DNA of 64,000 nt from Gekko japonicus (taxonomy: Eukaryota). How positions within the stretch are numbered: the first letter of the stretch is position 1; every line of letters starts with the position of its first letter. Under the pieces are notes generated by a model. The model made no database searches. It worked only from the letters and a program-made list of their open reading frames with translations, and was not told the origin of the DNA. The stretch lies in the NCBI RefSeq assembly GCF_001447785.1, contig NW_015163638.1:345687-409686 (forward strand), written 5' to 3'. Positions 25,238 through 36,833 of this stretch are shown piece after piece. A program made the position numbers and the translations under genes.

Positions 25238-26773
25238 CAGGCCCGTAGCCAGGATTTCTTAATTCAGGGGGCCTTAAAATAAGTCAGGGGGCACTGATAA
25301 AATAAAATAAAATAAACACACTCACTGGCAGGAACAGGGTTATTCCTCTATTGTGGAGGGTGGGTGTAAGTGGAAGTCAGTCACCGTCTCTGAGTAACCT
25401 GAGGAGGATCCCTTCCTCCTCTCATTTCCCCCCACAACTGCATTAGCTGCGTGGAGTGCAGGGAAGTACGGCAAAAGTGGCGGGCTCCTGTTCGGTTCCT
25501 TATTTCTTTCTTCCTGGCTGACTTCGTGCCTCCACAGTGACTTTGCCTCGGTCACACCCCCACCCACCACCCTGCAGGGGGGCTTTCTGCTGCAACACTT
25601 CTTAGACTTGGAAGTGGCAGCCCGCCCAGGGAGACAAGCCAAAGAAGGAGAGGTCAGCGAGCAGACGGGATGGAGATGGCTGCTCTGCTGCCGCTGGTGG
25701 CTTGTGTGCGCCCTGCGTTGGTGCAACCGGGCTGGACTGAGAAGGCAAGAGCTGAAGGAAAAACCCGGGAGGGGAAGCTGAGGGAGTGCTGTGTTTCTCT
25801 CTCCTTTGACGGCCAGCTTCCTCGGTGATGAGGGCACAGGTGCATGCAAGTGAGTGAGGTCTGCAATCTTGCACTGGAGGGAGAAGGGGAGAAATCTCTG
25901 TAGTTGCAGGTTCAGCCACAGGACCGACAACCCCCTGGCACCTCACCTGCCAGCCCGCTCGCCTGGCTGCCTTGCACCACTTCATGCCGTGGCTTAGGGA
26001 TGTGCATTTGGTTCGTCTGAGCTGAATGCACCCCCAAAAATGGCCCATTCGGGTCCCTTTCAGGCTGCTCTGGGCCGATTCAGATTCTCTGATCTGAATT
26101 GGCCACATTATATCCTATGGGCCATTGAAGTCAATGGCGAAAACATAGGGTATATTCTGGGGCTGGAAGGGAGGTGGTTTGAGGGAGATGCTCCAAACGA
26201 CCAGGGTAGTTGCTGGATACCCACCAAGTTTCAAAAACATTGGACCAGGGTGTCCAATTCTACGGGCCCCCAAACAGGTTGCCCTCATCCCCTCCATTGT
26301 TCTCTATAGTGGGAAAAAACGTTACTTTTTCCCCACCATAGAGAACAATGGAGGGGATGGGGGTAACCTGTTTGGGGGCCCGTAGAATTTGACCCCCTGT
26401 TCCAATGTTCTTGAAACGTGGTGGGTATCTTGGGGAGAGGCTCCAGCAACTACCCTGTGAGTTTGGGGCCTCTCCCTCAAACCACCTCCCCTCCAGCCCC
26501 CAGAATATACCCTATGTTTTTGCCATTGACCTCAATGGCCCATAGGATATAATGGGGCAGAAATTGACATTTGGCTGGCAGAAAGACTCCCCAATAGGCT
26601 CTTACTGCCGAAATTGACACGCGGGAGTCTACTGGCTGAAATTGATTCTGCCCGATTCCGCTGCCAGCCCAGGATGGAGCCTGTGGGGCTGCTGACAGGT
26701 GGGGAAGTTGGGGGGCCTTGGTAGGAAGTTGGGGGGCCGGGCCCCAGAATTCGTCAATGTAGCTATGGGCCTG
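25238..26773. mobile_element. Composite hAT-type non-autonomous element with an internal long inverted repeat
   Basis: TIRs caggcccgtagc / gctatgggcctg; near-perfect 8-bp TSD cacgaggc / cccgaggc. Confidence 0.7.
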
Positions 26774-27311
26774 CCCGAGGCACTGGTTATGGGATAGGCT
26801 GGGTTTTATAATCCGGGGTGGTGTCACAAAGAAAACATGTTTTTACATGGAGGCAATCACACAACATGCATGTGATAACACACATGCCCATGGTGAGTTT
26901 ATGACACCACCCTCTCTCCGAACTTCAAAGGTACTCATAGCCTCAGACAGTTTGGTGACCCCTGCCGTAGATATCTGTAACATTGCCTAAAACGTTCCCC
27001 ACATTTATCTGGTTCATCACTTTTACCCTTAGAATTAAAAAGAGATTCATTTGCTTCTCTCAATTTGACAGTGAATTTAGAAGGTATAGATGCTGATGCA
27101 AGTTATGAAAGGGTGTAACTAAGCATTAGATGCAACTTGCCCTCGACTTTTTAGTCAGATGACTTTAATCTGATGGGACTGTTTAACTCTGTTTTTCTGC
27201 TCAAAATTACACATGCTTTAATCCCTATTTAGTGGGAAATATCATCTCCACTCCCCATAGAGGAATGAAAAAGCAGCTTGAGGGCACAAGACAAAAGGAT
27301 TACATATGCAC

Positions 27312-28897
27312 TTGTTGTTGTTGTTGTTCAGTCGCGCTGTCGAGTCCGACTCTTCGCAACCCCATGGACCACATCGTGCCAGGCCCCCAGTCCTCTGTTG
27401 TCCTCCAGAGTTTGCTTAACTTCATGTTTGTTGCATCAATAACAGTGTCTAACCATCTCATCCTTTGCTGTTCCCTTCTTCTTTGACCTTCAATCTTTCC
27501 CAGCATCAGGGTCTTCTCCAGTGAGTGCTCCCTTCTCATTTGGTGGCCAAAGTATTTGAGCTTCAGCTTCAGTATCTGGCCTTCCAGTGAACAGTCAGGG
27601 TTGATTTCTTTTAGGATCGACTGATTTGATCTCCTTGTAGTCCAAGGGACACTCAAGAGTCTTCTCCAGCACCATAATTCAAAAGCATCTACGGCACTTG
27701 GCCTTCCTTATGGTCCAACTCTTGCAGCCATACATTACTACTGGGAATACCATTGTTTTGACCATACGGACGTTTGTTGGCAGGGTGATGTCTCTACTTT
27801 TTATTATGCTGTCTAGGTTTGCCATAGCTTTCCTCCCAAGGAGCAGGCGTCTTTTAATTTCATGACTGCTGTCACCGTCTAAAAGTGATCTTGGATCCCA
27901 AGAACATAAATTCTGTCACTGCTTCCACTTCCCCTTCTATTTGCCAAGGAGTGATGGGACTGTATGCCATGGTTTTAGTTTTTTTGATGTTGAGTTTCAA
28001 GCCAACTTTTGCACTCTCCTCTTTCACTATAAGCAAGAGGCTCTTTTGGTCCTCTTCACTTTCTGCCATTAGAGTGGTATCGTCTGCATATCTGAGGTTG
28101 TTGATGTTTTTCCCAGCAATTCCGGCTTCTGAATCATCCAGGCTGGCATTTCACATGATGTACTCTGCATATAAATTAAATAAGCAGGGTGACAATATAC
28201 ATCCTTGTTGTACTTCTTTTCCGATGCTGAAACAATCAGTTGTTCCATATCAGGTTCTAACTGTTGCTTCTTGACCCTTATACAGGTTTCTCAGGAGACA
28301 TGTGAGGTGGTCTGGTACTCCCATCTCTTTAAGGACTTGCCATAGTTAGTTGTGATCCACACAATCAAAGGCCTTAATGTAGTCAATGAAGCAGAAGTAG
28401 ATTTTTTTTGGTACTCTCTTGCTTTCTCCATAGTCCAGCGAATGTTGGCCATTTGATCTCTAGTTCCTCTACCTCTTCAAAACCCAGCTTGTACTTCTGG
28501 CAGTTCTCTATCCACGTATTACTAAAGCCTAGCTCATAGGATCATGACCTTGCTAGCATGTGAAATGAGTGGAACTGTGTGATAGTTTGAACATTCCTTG
28601 GCATTGCCCTTCTTTGGGATTGGAATATAAACTGATCTTTTCCAATCCTGTGGCGCCAATGTTCCCTCTAAGCTGTGGAGTCTTGTGAGCAAAATTTCTA
28701 CTTTGTGAGCAACTGGCATTAAAGTTGTGAATAATTCGGCTACTGCATTCATTAGTTTGTCCTGGAGCCATCATTCCTGAGCTAAGACTAAAATGTGTGA
28801 ACCAGAGGCTAAAAAACTGTGAGCTAGCTCACACTAACTCAGCTTAGAGGGAACACTGGCCACTGTTGCGTTTTACAAATTTGCTGGCATATTGAGT
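27312..28897 (-). mobile_element. BovB LINE fragment (RT 3' half) with nested hAT MITE
   Basis: (CAA)n tail; ORF fragments VPWTTRRSNQSILKEINPDCSLEG, KEESAKVGLKLNIKKTK, PQDWKRSVYIPIPKKGNAKECSNY. Confidence 0.95.
28657..28858 (+). mobile_element. ~205-bp hAT MITE nested in BovB
   Basis: TIRs; interrupts the BovB frame. Confidence 0.88.
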
Positions 28898-29275
28898 AAA
28901 TATGTACACTTCTGCTTAAATTCACAGCCTTCAGAGAATGCTTTTGGCTTTAAAAAAATCAGATAAAATTACAGTTGTGTAACATATAGTTTAGCCAAAA
29001 TGTGGTATGAGGGGGCTTATTCTGCCAAAGTAGTTGCATGGGAAGTCTTTTGGAAATATTTCTGACAAATATATATGGAAGAAAATGGTCAGAACTGAAA
29101 ATAAATAAACATTTTCCAGAAAAGGTTAATCAGACTAACATAGGCTCCTGATCATACATCTTCTCTGTAAAACGCATGTGCATTTTCAGTTTTAACCTAA
29201 TGCTTTCCACATGTAGCCTTTTGCAAGCTTTGTTCCAAAAACTTAATGTAGCCAGATGTAAACTTGACTCCCCGG

Positions 29276-29276
<1 letters not shown>

Positions 29277-29359
<83 letters not shown>

Positions 29360-29360
29360 T
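29277..29360. repeat. (TTTC)n microsatellite
   Basis: Seen directly. Confidence 0.99.
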
Positions 29361-30317
29361 GAAGGTTGGAAATGAGTCACAGTATAAATAACTTTTTCTG
29401 CAATGATAGACTTTCAAATATCCCTCTGTAATTTAGCTTGCAAATTTCAATTGGCAAGGATTAGTGATCATATTGCCCTGTGGTATAATTTAGCATGGCA
29501 TCCAGCTGTTCACATTTTTGCACAGCTGTTGAAACCACAGCCTCAGCAAGTGTGAAGGCAAAATGACTTACCTTACAAAGCATTTAAAATGATCCAGGGC
29601 AATGGAAGTAGTTCACGTCCAGATATCATACCCCTCCATGTTCCTAGGGGCATCTGGTCCAGGACTTGATGCCATCTCTCCAAACAACTGTGGGTAGTCG
29701 GGCCATACCTACAGCATGTAGTATGTGCACGTAGCACTTGTAGGGGGACTTTAGAGGCATTAGTGTAGCTACTGTATCATGTGGAATAGAACTACCTAAG
29801 CAATGCAAATATGAGGATGTTGGCACCGGAGAATTAGTGGGCGGGCTGTTTAACCCTTTTTTCTACCTGCCACTTCTCTATACATTCCCCCTCCTATTTT
29901 ACTCCAGAATTAGGCATAGTTTCCAGTCTCAGAATTTGTAGGGGAGCATCAGAAGATAGTGAATGATTAAGAAATCCCTGCCACCCACTCATTGTGATCT
30001 AGAAAAATATTTCCAAGACAGTATGGTAAATTTGGTGGCTTTAATTCAACAAACCATTAGCCAAATTCTCAATTCAAGGAATGAGGCTTTTTCCTGCTTA
30101 TAAAGTACTGATTCGGTCACGAGGTGTGAAATCAGCTCATGAGTTTATTGTAATTCATCTTGGATACAGACAACGAGAGCAGGACCAAAGGCCTGCTTAA
30201 ATCCCCATTCTAAGCCACACCCAAGCACACACCCACACCCATGATAGGATTATTTACAGTGCACCCCAAATCCTATAGATTAACTCTCGGATCCTGACTG
30301 CCCGATAGGTACTTGCA

Positions 30318-30470
30318 ATTTCTTGCTTTCGAACTGCTAGGTTGGCAGGTGCTGGAACTAGAGATGGGAGCTCACTCCATCATGCGGCACCCGGGTCTCG
30401 AACTGCTGAACTACTGACCTTCCACAGCCTGCAGTTCAGCGTCTTAACCACTTGAGCCACCACAGCTCCA
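30318..30470 (-). mobile_element. Sauria SINE, head half only
   Basis: Matches the 5' half of other copies; flanked by acttgca at 30311-30317 and 30471-30477. Confidence 0.85.
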
Positions 30471-30666
30471 ACTTGCAGAATATGTTAGTGTAATTGGTGA
30501 GCAAGAAGAATCCCTGCAGTCACGTTACATAATTGATATGTGACAGATTATGGGCCGCAAAGCTTGCAGTCAAAACAGGCAGATCATTTTAAATATGCCA
30601 TTAGAACTGACATGAGATGCTAGGTAAGAAGGCCTCATTGCCTCATAACAAGGACTGAAAACCATT

Positions 30667-32260
30667 TTTTTAATTCAAATTTTTAAAATATTTTTGTCAT
30701 AAAACATAACAAGATATAACGATTTGAGTAACATCAAGAAAATATAGTACAATGATTATCTACATAATAACTGCGGATTCAGCATATTCTAGAACAGATT
30801 ATACCTCTTATCAGTTTCTATATCACAGAAGTCTCGCCTATTTCAAAAATACAGTAAGTTTTTGAGGTGGTCATTTTTGGGGATGATTTCACCTTCTGCA
30901 AGATATTGGACCACTGGGAACCAAATTGCTTGAAATTTTTTCGCATTCTCTTGTGTTTGTTGGTAAGTCATTTTCGCATAGGTAAAGTGTTCCCATAGTT
31001 TGTTTTGCCAGTCAGATATGCTCGGGAAGTTTTTTTCTTTCCACTTCTGTGCGATGGTTATTCTAGCTATTGCTAGTAGAGTTGAAATGAATATCTTTTG
31101 TGTTTTCCTTTCACAGGTTTCCGGGAGTACATCCAGCAGGACCGTCTCAGGGAGTGCAGGTAAGTCGTAACCTATAATGATGGTAGTCTGTGCCAAAATT
31201 TGGGACCAGAATGTTTGAATACGTGGGCAGGCCCACCAGCAATGTAGGAAGTTGCCTATTTCGCCACAGCCTTTCCAGCAGTTTTTTGAAAGTTTTGGGT
31301 TGATCTTGTTTAAACGTGCAGGTGTTTTAGTGTTTTGAAAGTATTTAATTTAATTCTTGGAGGATAAACTTGGTGATGACCAAATATCTGTCCAGTGTTC
31401 TAATTGAATTCTGTTCTGACAGTGTGTCTGCCATTGAAGTTGTGATTTTAATGTTGGTTGTTTCAGGTTCTTATTAAGGATTTTGTAAAGTTTGGATGTT
31501 AGACCTTTAATGTCATCTGTCTTGTGTTTAATTAATCGTTCGAAGTCTGTCAGTTGCGTGGGAGATTTCTCATTCAGGAATTTTTCTCTTAATAAGTGTT
31601 GGACCTGTAAGTATCGAAACCAGGGAATTTGATCTCCAATTTTCTCTTCTATCTCTGCTTTCATAAGAGGAATACCTTTTTCTGTGAGTTCTAGCAAACG
31701 GTTTAACCCAGCTTCTTTCCAACTTTGAAAGGCTTTTGCTTCCTTTCCCGGAATAAACCACTCTTGATTAAGAAATGAGGATAATCTGGAGTCTGGTATA
31801 AGCAATTGTCGTTGTCTGTCCCATACCTCCAAAGCTGCCGCAAAGAATGAATTTAAAGGGATGTTTTCATGTCTGTCTTTAAGTTTCTGCCATATGACAT
31901 CAGCCAGCAGCGTTAAGTCACATATGTTCTCTTCAATCTGTTGCCATCGTGGTGGATTGACTGTTGTCAGAATTCGTACTAGGGATGAAAGTTGTATGGC
32001 CTCATAATATAGAAATAGGTCCGAAAAATCCATACCTCCATTTTTTGTTGAGCATTTCAGTGTTGTAAAGCTGATTCTAGGTTTTTTGTAATCCCAGAAG
32101 AATTGAAGTAACGCGTTCTGCCAGTTAGTTAGCTCCTTCCTCGTAATTTGAGTAGGCAGAGCACGTAAAAGAAATAAGAATTTTAGCAGCAGTATGCTTT
32201 TGATGACGCTAAGTCTGTCTGCCCAAGAGAATTTCATGGAACTCCACTGCCTCATTTGGT
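30667..32260 (-). mobile_element. L1-clade LINE, 5'-truncated
   Basis: ORF2 C-terminal ORFs 31350-32273 and 30843-31196 with a CWKGC..H.WW.C zinc knuckle between them; 14-bp TSD gactgaaaaccatt at 30653-30666 and 32261-32274. Confidence 0.92.
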
Positions 32261-33367
32261 GACTGAAAACCATTCATGGAAGCAGCTCAGGACATATGAA
32301 AGCAGTTAGTAAGGTACCGTGTTGTTGACGCACATTTAAAACTTGAAGAGCTAATGGAAGAAGATGCAAAACCGCCACCTGCTCTTCATCAGAGGTTCCT
32401 ATGAACTGTACTCATAGGTTCGTGAGAAGTAGGAAGGCAGCCAGAGAAGAGGGTTGTTTGGTCTTTTCCAGATGGCAGTGGCACTGAAGATCATCAGAGA
32501 ATCACCATGCATATGTAAAACAGCACGTAGGTAAACAGCTACCTTCCAAGTCATATGAGCATCAAGGAAAGTGTTGTGCTTAGAGATCCTCTGCACGGTG
32601 TTCTGGAGTTCAGTGTCATTTGCTCAGTGCAGTGCAGCTTTATTCATACAAAACAAAGGTAGATTCAGCACATTGGTTGTGCAAATAAAATTGCTGCTAT
32701 TCTTCACACATATCATGATGCGGTTTGTTTCCATGAAATCAAGCCGAGCCCAGAATTAAGCAGATGTTCAGCTTACAAAGCACACCAGTTCTGCAGCTGG
32801 TCACATTAGTACATTTCAGCAGAAGTCTGTATAAAGAGGTATGGGAAATAACAAAGAAATGATATGCATTGGAAATTAGCCTTTCAGAGGTGGGGCTGTT
32901 ATGTTCGCTTTTGCATGGTAGAAATTATCTTTCCACTCATTGCTGTGCAGATAAATTATAGGTGTGGGTAAATTAAATGCACTGAGCAAAATGCCCACAT
33001 GTATCACAACTCTTTCCTTTTAAATTTAGGACAATTCTGTGCATTATTCAGCATCCTTAAGACCAAATGAAATCAATGGAAGATGAGCATATTTAATAAC
33101 CATAGATGGTGTGCTTATAGTACAAGCCTGGGCACTTGACAGTAAGACCTAGTGATTTTACTGAAAAGTAACATTTTTATTTAACTGCGCCTAGGACTGC
33201 AAAGCTTTAGTTTCATCCACTAGCTTTTTACGACATTAGGTATTAATTATTAAGTAGCATCTGTCTTTTTTCTTCTACCATTTCGTGAACAAAGATTATT
33301 GAACAAAGAACCATTACAATGGGCAACATATTTTGGCCTTATTTATTAGCAGCTTCTACAGGGATCA

Positions 33368-33590
33368 CCCTGACCTGGATAACCCAGGCAAGCCCTATCT
33401 CATCGGATCTTGGACATTGAGCCAGACTGGCCCTGGCTAGTAAATGGATGGGAGACCTCCATGGAATGCCAGGGTCGTAACACGGAGGCAGGCAATGGCA
33501 AACCATCTCCAAATGTCTCCTGCCTTGAAAATCCTACGGAGTTGCCATATGTCAGCTGTGACTTGACGGCACTTTTCACCACCACCACCA
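33368..33590 (+). mobile_element. 5S rRNA-derived SINE (SINE3-type)
   Basis: Head gccctatctcatcggatcttgg..ccctggctagtaaatggatgggagacc resembles the 5S internal control region; RTE-like 3' end; (CAC)n tail. Confidence 0.8.
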
Positions 33591-34138
33591 CTCTAGAGAT
33601 CTGGTACAGTACAGTGATTTGTTTTTTTTAAAAAAAAGGTTCTCTCCCTCTGCATTTAAAACTGAACACATGGGTTCAGTGTGTAGAACCCTGAAATTAA
33701 TTGTCATGGGAGAAAATGAAATTTAGATAATTGGCTTTGCCCTTTGGAATCCATTGTGATCATGGGCAGCTCTCCCACTAATGAAAATAATTGTCCCTCT
33801 CATAAATGTTATTTCTTCCTATGCTAATTTATCACCCATAGCTGCAGTTGGGAGCGGGTGTTCCAGTTTTATCTCGTTTATATTTGGGCTCTGCAAATTT
33901 GACCTGACTATTGCTTCACTACTGCATTTCATATTTGCAAACTTTTTAATATATACTTTTCTGCCCTTAAGGATGCCATTCCCTTCATCTGAAGGAGTTT
34001 GGCTGCTGTTCACAAAAGGCTTTGCTACCCCCCAAAAAAATCATTACTTTCTAAGATGCAATCAGACTCTGCTGTTTTTGCCACAACGGGCTAGTTCTTT
34101 GGAATTTGTTCGTTTCTGAAACCACATCTTGACTGCAG

Positions 34139-34441
34139 ATTCTGGAGGCTCAGCCAGCAGAGGTTGATCAGCACAGTGCAATATCCTTTGAGAGAAGCAT
34201 GTTCCCATTGCCATCTGGTTCCAGGCACTCAGCTGAAGGCTGACCTCCCTACAAAAGTCATGAGTCAGCTGGCATGAACCAGAGACCTCTTATTCACATA
34301 TGCCACTGGGGAGAGATTTGGTGCATATATGCTCCCATATGACAGCAAGAGTTCAGGAGCGCTGCACATGGGGGAATCTCACAGCTTGATGTCTAGAGGA
34401 TTGCATGAGCCACCATGAGGGGTGTGTTGGTGTCTTTGCAG
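34139..34441 (+). pseudogene. Decayed exon D (303 nt, phase 2-2)
   Basis: FWRLSQQRLISTVQYPLREACSHCHLVPGTQLKADLPTKVMSQLA*TRDLLFTYATGERFGAYMLPYDSKSSGALHMGESHSLMSRGLHEPP*GVCWCLC; joins exon C in phase. Confidence 0.55.
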
Positions 34442-34629
34442 GTAATTCCCTTGCGGCTTTCTCCAGCCACAGGAAGGTATAACTGAGCCAGCTGGTTAAT
34501 CAGCATCTCCGTTTCACTCTTCAGGCAAAGTCCGCCAAAGCTGATAAAAACACATTTCTTGAACTTCAGCAGACTTGGAATCTTTCACCCTTTCCATACA
34601 AAATACCAACTACATGTCGAAATAGATGC

Positions 34630-34783
34630 AGGTGGGTAGCTGTGCTGGTCTGAAGCAGTAGAACAAAGCAGTAGAACAAAGTTGGAGTCCAGTGGCACCT
34701 TCAAGACATACAAAGTTTTATTCAGGCTATGAGTAAAACTTCATTGGTCTTGAAGATGCCACTGGACTCCAACTTTGTTCTAC
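34630..34783. mobile_element. Penelope-like terminal fragments in inverted arrangement
   Basis: gtagaacaaagttggagtccagtggcaccttcaagac followed by its reverse complement. Confidence 0.6.
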
Positions 34784-35304
34784 ATGTAGAAATGTAAGTT
34801 CAAATTTTCTTACTGTCCTGCTGTTCAAAGAAGTGAAACACATCCTGTTATATGTCTGGCCTGATGGCTACCAGCCCAGGTCTGCATTTACAAAACGTCA
34901 GTGTTTTTTAAAAAAATATAATATGTATGTGTGATAACTTTCAATATTTTAAAACCATTAGTTTGTTCAGTAGAAGATTTTGTACTGTGCATTTGTATCT
35001 GCACCCGTTAAAATACATGGGGCAGCCTTATCTACAGGATCATTTGACCTGAGCCATATTAACCCCTTTTGAATAAGCCTATTCCTAATTTAGGTGGGTT
35101 CTTCTAGCAATGGCAATGACATTGTCCCAGCCACAGAACCAAAATAAATGTCTTGCCTTCTGTGCATCATTCAGGTTACAAGCACCCTGATCTTGAAATC
35201 CAAAAGCATAGACCCACTAGAGGGCAGCAAAATTTAGGGAATAAGTGGGCAGGTGCTCCAAGTCTAGGAATAAGGATGAATTGGACTGCATTAAATAAAG
35301 ATGA

Positions 35305-35651
35305 AGGAGCTGCGGTGGCTCAAGTGGTTAAGACGCTGAACTGCAGGCTGTGGAAGGTCAGTAGTTCAGCAGCTCAAGACCCGAGTTGCCGCATGACGGT
35401 GAGCTCCCGTCTCTAGTTCCAGCTCCTGCCAACCTAGCAGTTCGAAAGCAAGAAATTGCAAGTAGATAAATAGGTACCACTTCAGTGGGAAGGTAACAGC
35501 ATTCTGTGCGCCTTGGTGTTTAGTCATGCCGGCCACATGACCACGGAAACGTCTTCAAACAGCGCTGGCTCTTCGGCTTTGAAACGGAGATGAGCACCGC
35601 AACCCTAGAGTCGGACTCAACTGGCTTTCGAGCAAGGGAACCTTTACCTTT
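35305..35651 (+). mobile_element. Sauria SINE, full length
   Basis: 14-bp TSD ttaaataaagatga; ACCTTT tail. Confidence 0.9.
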
Positions 35652-35778
35652 TTAAATAAAGATGATCTGGGCTGCATTAAATGTTCAGAAGGAGAATTTC
35701 AAGAGAACCAAAATACTCTGTTTGCTACTTCTTTTCCTGACTGGTTGCTGCTTTGACAACTTGTTTTCTCACTCACAG

Positions 35779-35951
35779 TGTGATCCCAATGTGATCCCGA
35801 TCATGCAGGAAGTGTGTTGATGTGCACGTTTCGAAGCAGCTGAAACTGGCTTCTTGGAGGCATTGTCTTCACTTGGAATAGGCACCCTGTCTTTCAAAGC
35901 AACTTTATTCGGCAGTGTTGGGGATATTAGTGTCTTTAATTCACACTGAGA
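35779..35951 (+). pseudogene. Decayed exon E (donor position uncertain)
   Basis: Strong pyrimidine tract + CAG; an 11-nt tandem duplication at its start shifts the frame; VIPIMQEVC*CARFEAAETGFLEALSSLGIGTLSFKATLFGSVGDISVFNSH*. Confidence 0.5.
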
Positions 35952-36395
35952 GTATGTTAGCTCCCCAGGAACTTTTAATGAGGTGTTCTGCACCAAATAC
36001 AGATGTCTTTGCTGTACCTGCAAGACGGCTGCTTTCCCTATATGAACTATGTTGGTTGAACACAGCTTTATTTTTATTGATTTATTTATTTGATTTTTAC
36101 CCCGCCCTCCCTGCCAAAGCAGGCTCAGGGCAGCTTACAAAGGATAAAACATAAAACAATAATAATGTAGGTAAAACCATATAAACAATCTGATATCATA
36201 AAGTGCTAGCTAGCTGTAATTAATACTTAGTTAGAGGCATAGGATCAGTGCCATGGGCTCTTTTTGTAGCAGGAACTCCATGTACTGCCAAGGGATTCAC
36301 CAATCACTCCTGGCCCCATCCACCATATCCTTATGGTTTCCAACCTCCAGGTGTACCTAGAGATCTCCTGCTATTGCAACGGATCTCCAGACAAC

Positions 36396-36833
36396 CAGGG
36401 GTCATTTCCTGCAGGAGCACACAGGAGCGGAGCTCCGGCAGTAAAGAGCCCAGGGGGCGGGTACATACAGGGGTCATTTCCCGCAGGAGCGCACAGGAGC
36501 GGAGCTCTGGCAGTAAAGAGCCCAGGGGGCAAGAAGCAGCCAGGTAAGTTGCAGAGCCCCCCCCCCGGCCCTCCGGTCCAAAACAGTCCAGTGGTACCTT
36601 TAAGACCATGTTTTATTCAGGTACAAGCTCTCCCTCCTCTGCGAGGACATATCTGCCCGTCTCCCCCTCCCCCATAGCTAGCAATCCAAAATAGTCCAGT
36701 GGAGTCTGAGCGGTGGGTGTTGCCTTCTGACACACTTCCGGTGATGTCAGGGTGTGTGGCATATGCAAATAAGTTATGCTAATGAGTTATGCTAATGAGA
36801 GCCTGCACCTCTTTTTCTACGAAATGACCCCTG
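36396..36833 (+). mobile_element. hAT non-autonomous element with duplicated 5' end
   Basis: caggggtcatttcc occurs twice, then gaaatgacccctg; same family as 5878-7067 and 62839-63140. Confidence 0.85.

Larger units (their letters stand above)
29908..32838 (+). pseudogene. Large decayed exon C (split by a Sauria SINE and an L1)
   Basis: attttactccAG acceptor and AG|GTATGG donor; HPLIVI*KNISK, VLAEYVSVIGEQEESLQSRYIIDM*QIMG, PFMEAAQDI*KQLVRYRVVDAHLKLEELMEEDAK, ..YISAEVCIK(R). Confidence 0.55.

Noticed and set aside
30615-32430. Resemblance of the pseudo-exon C peptide to an HMG box or an RGS domain
   Set aside because: Only a few residues match and in inconsistent frames; key conserved positions are missing.
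33385-33480. 5S rRNA gene
   Set aside because: Diverged and fused to a LINE-like tail with a second dispersed copy, so it is a SINE.
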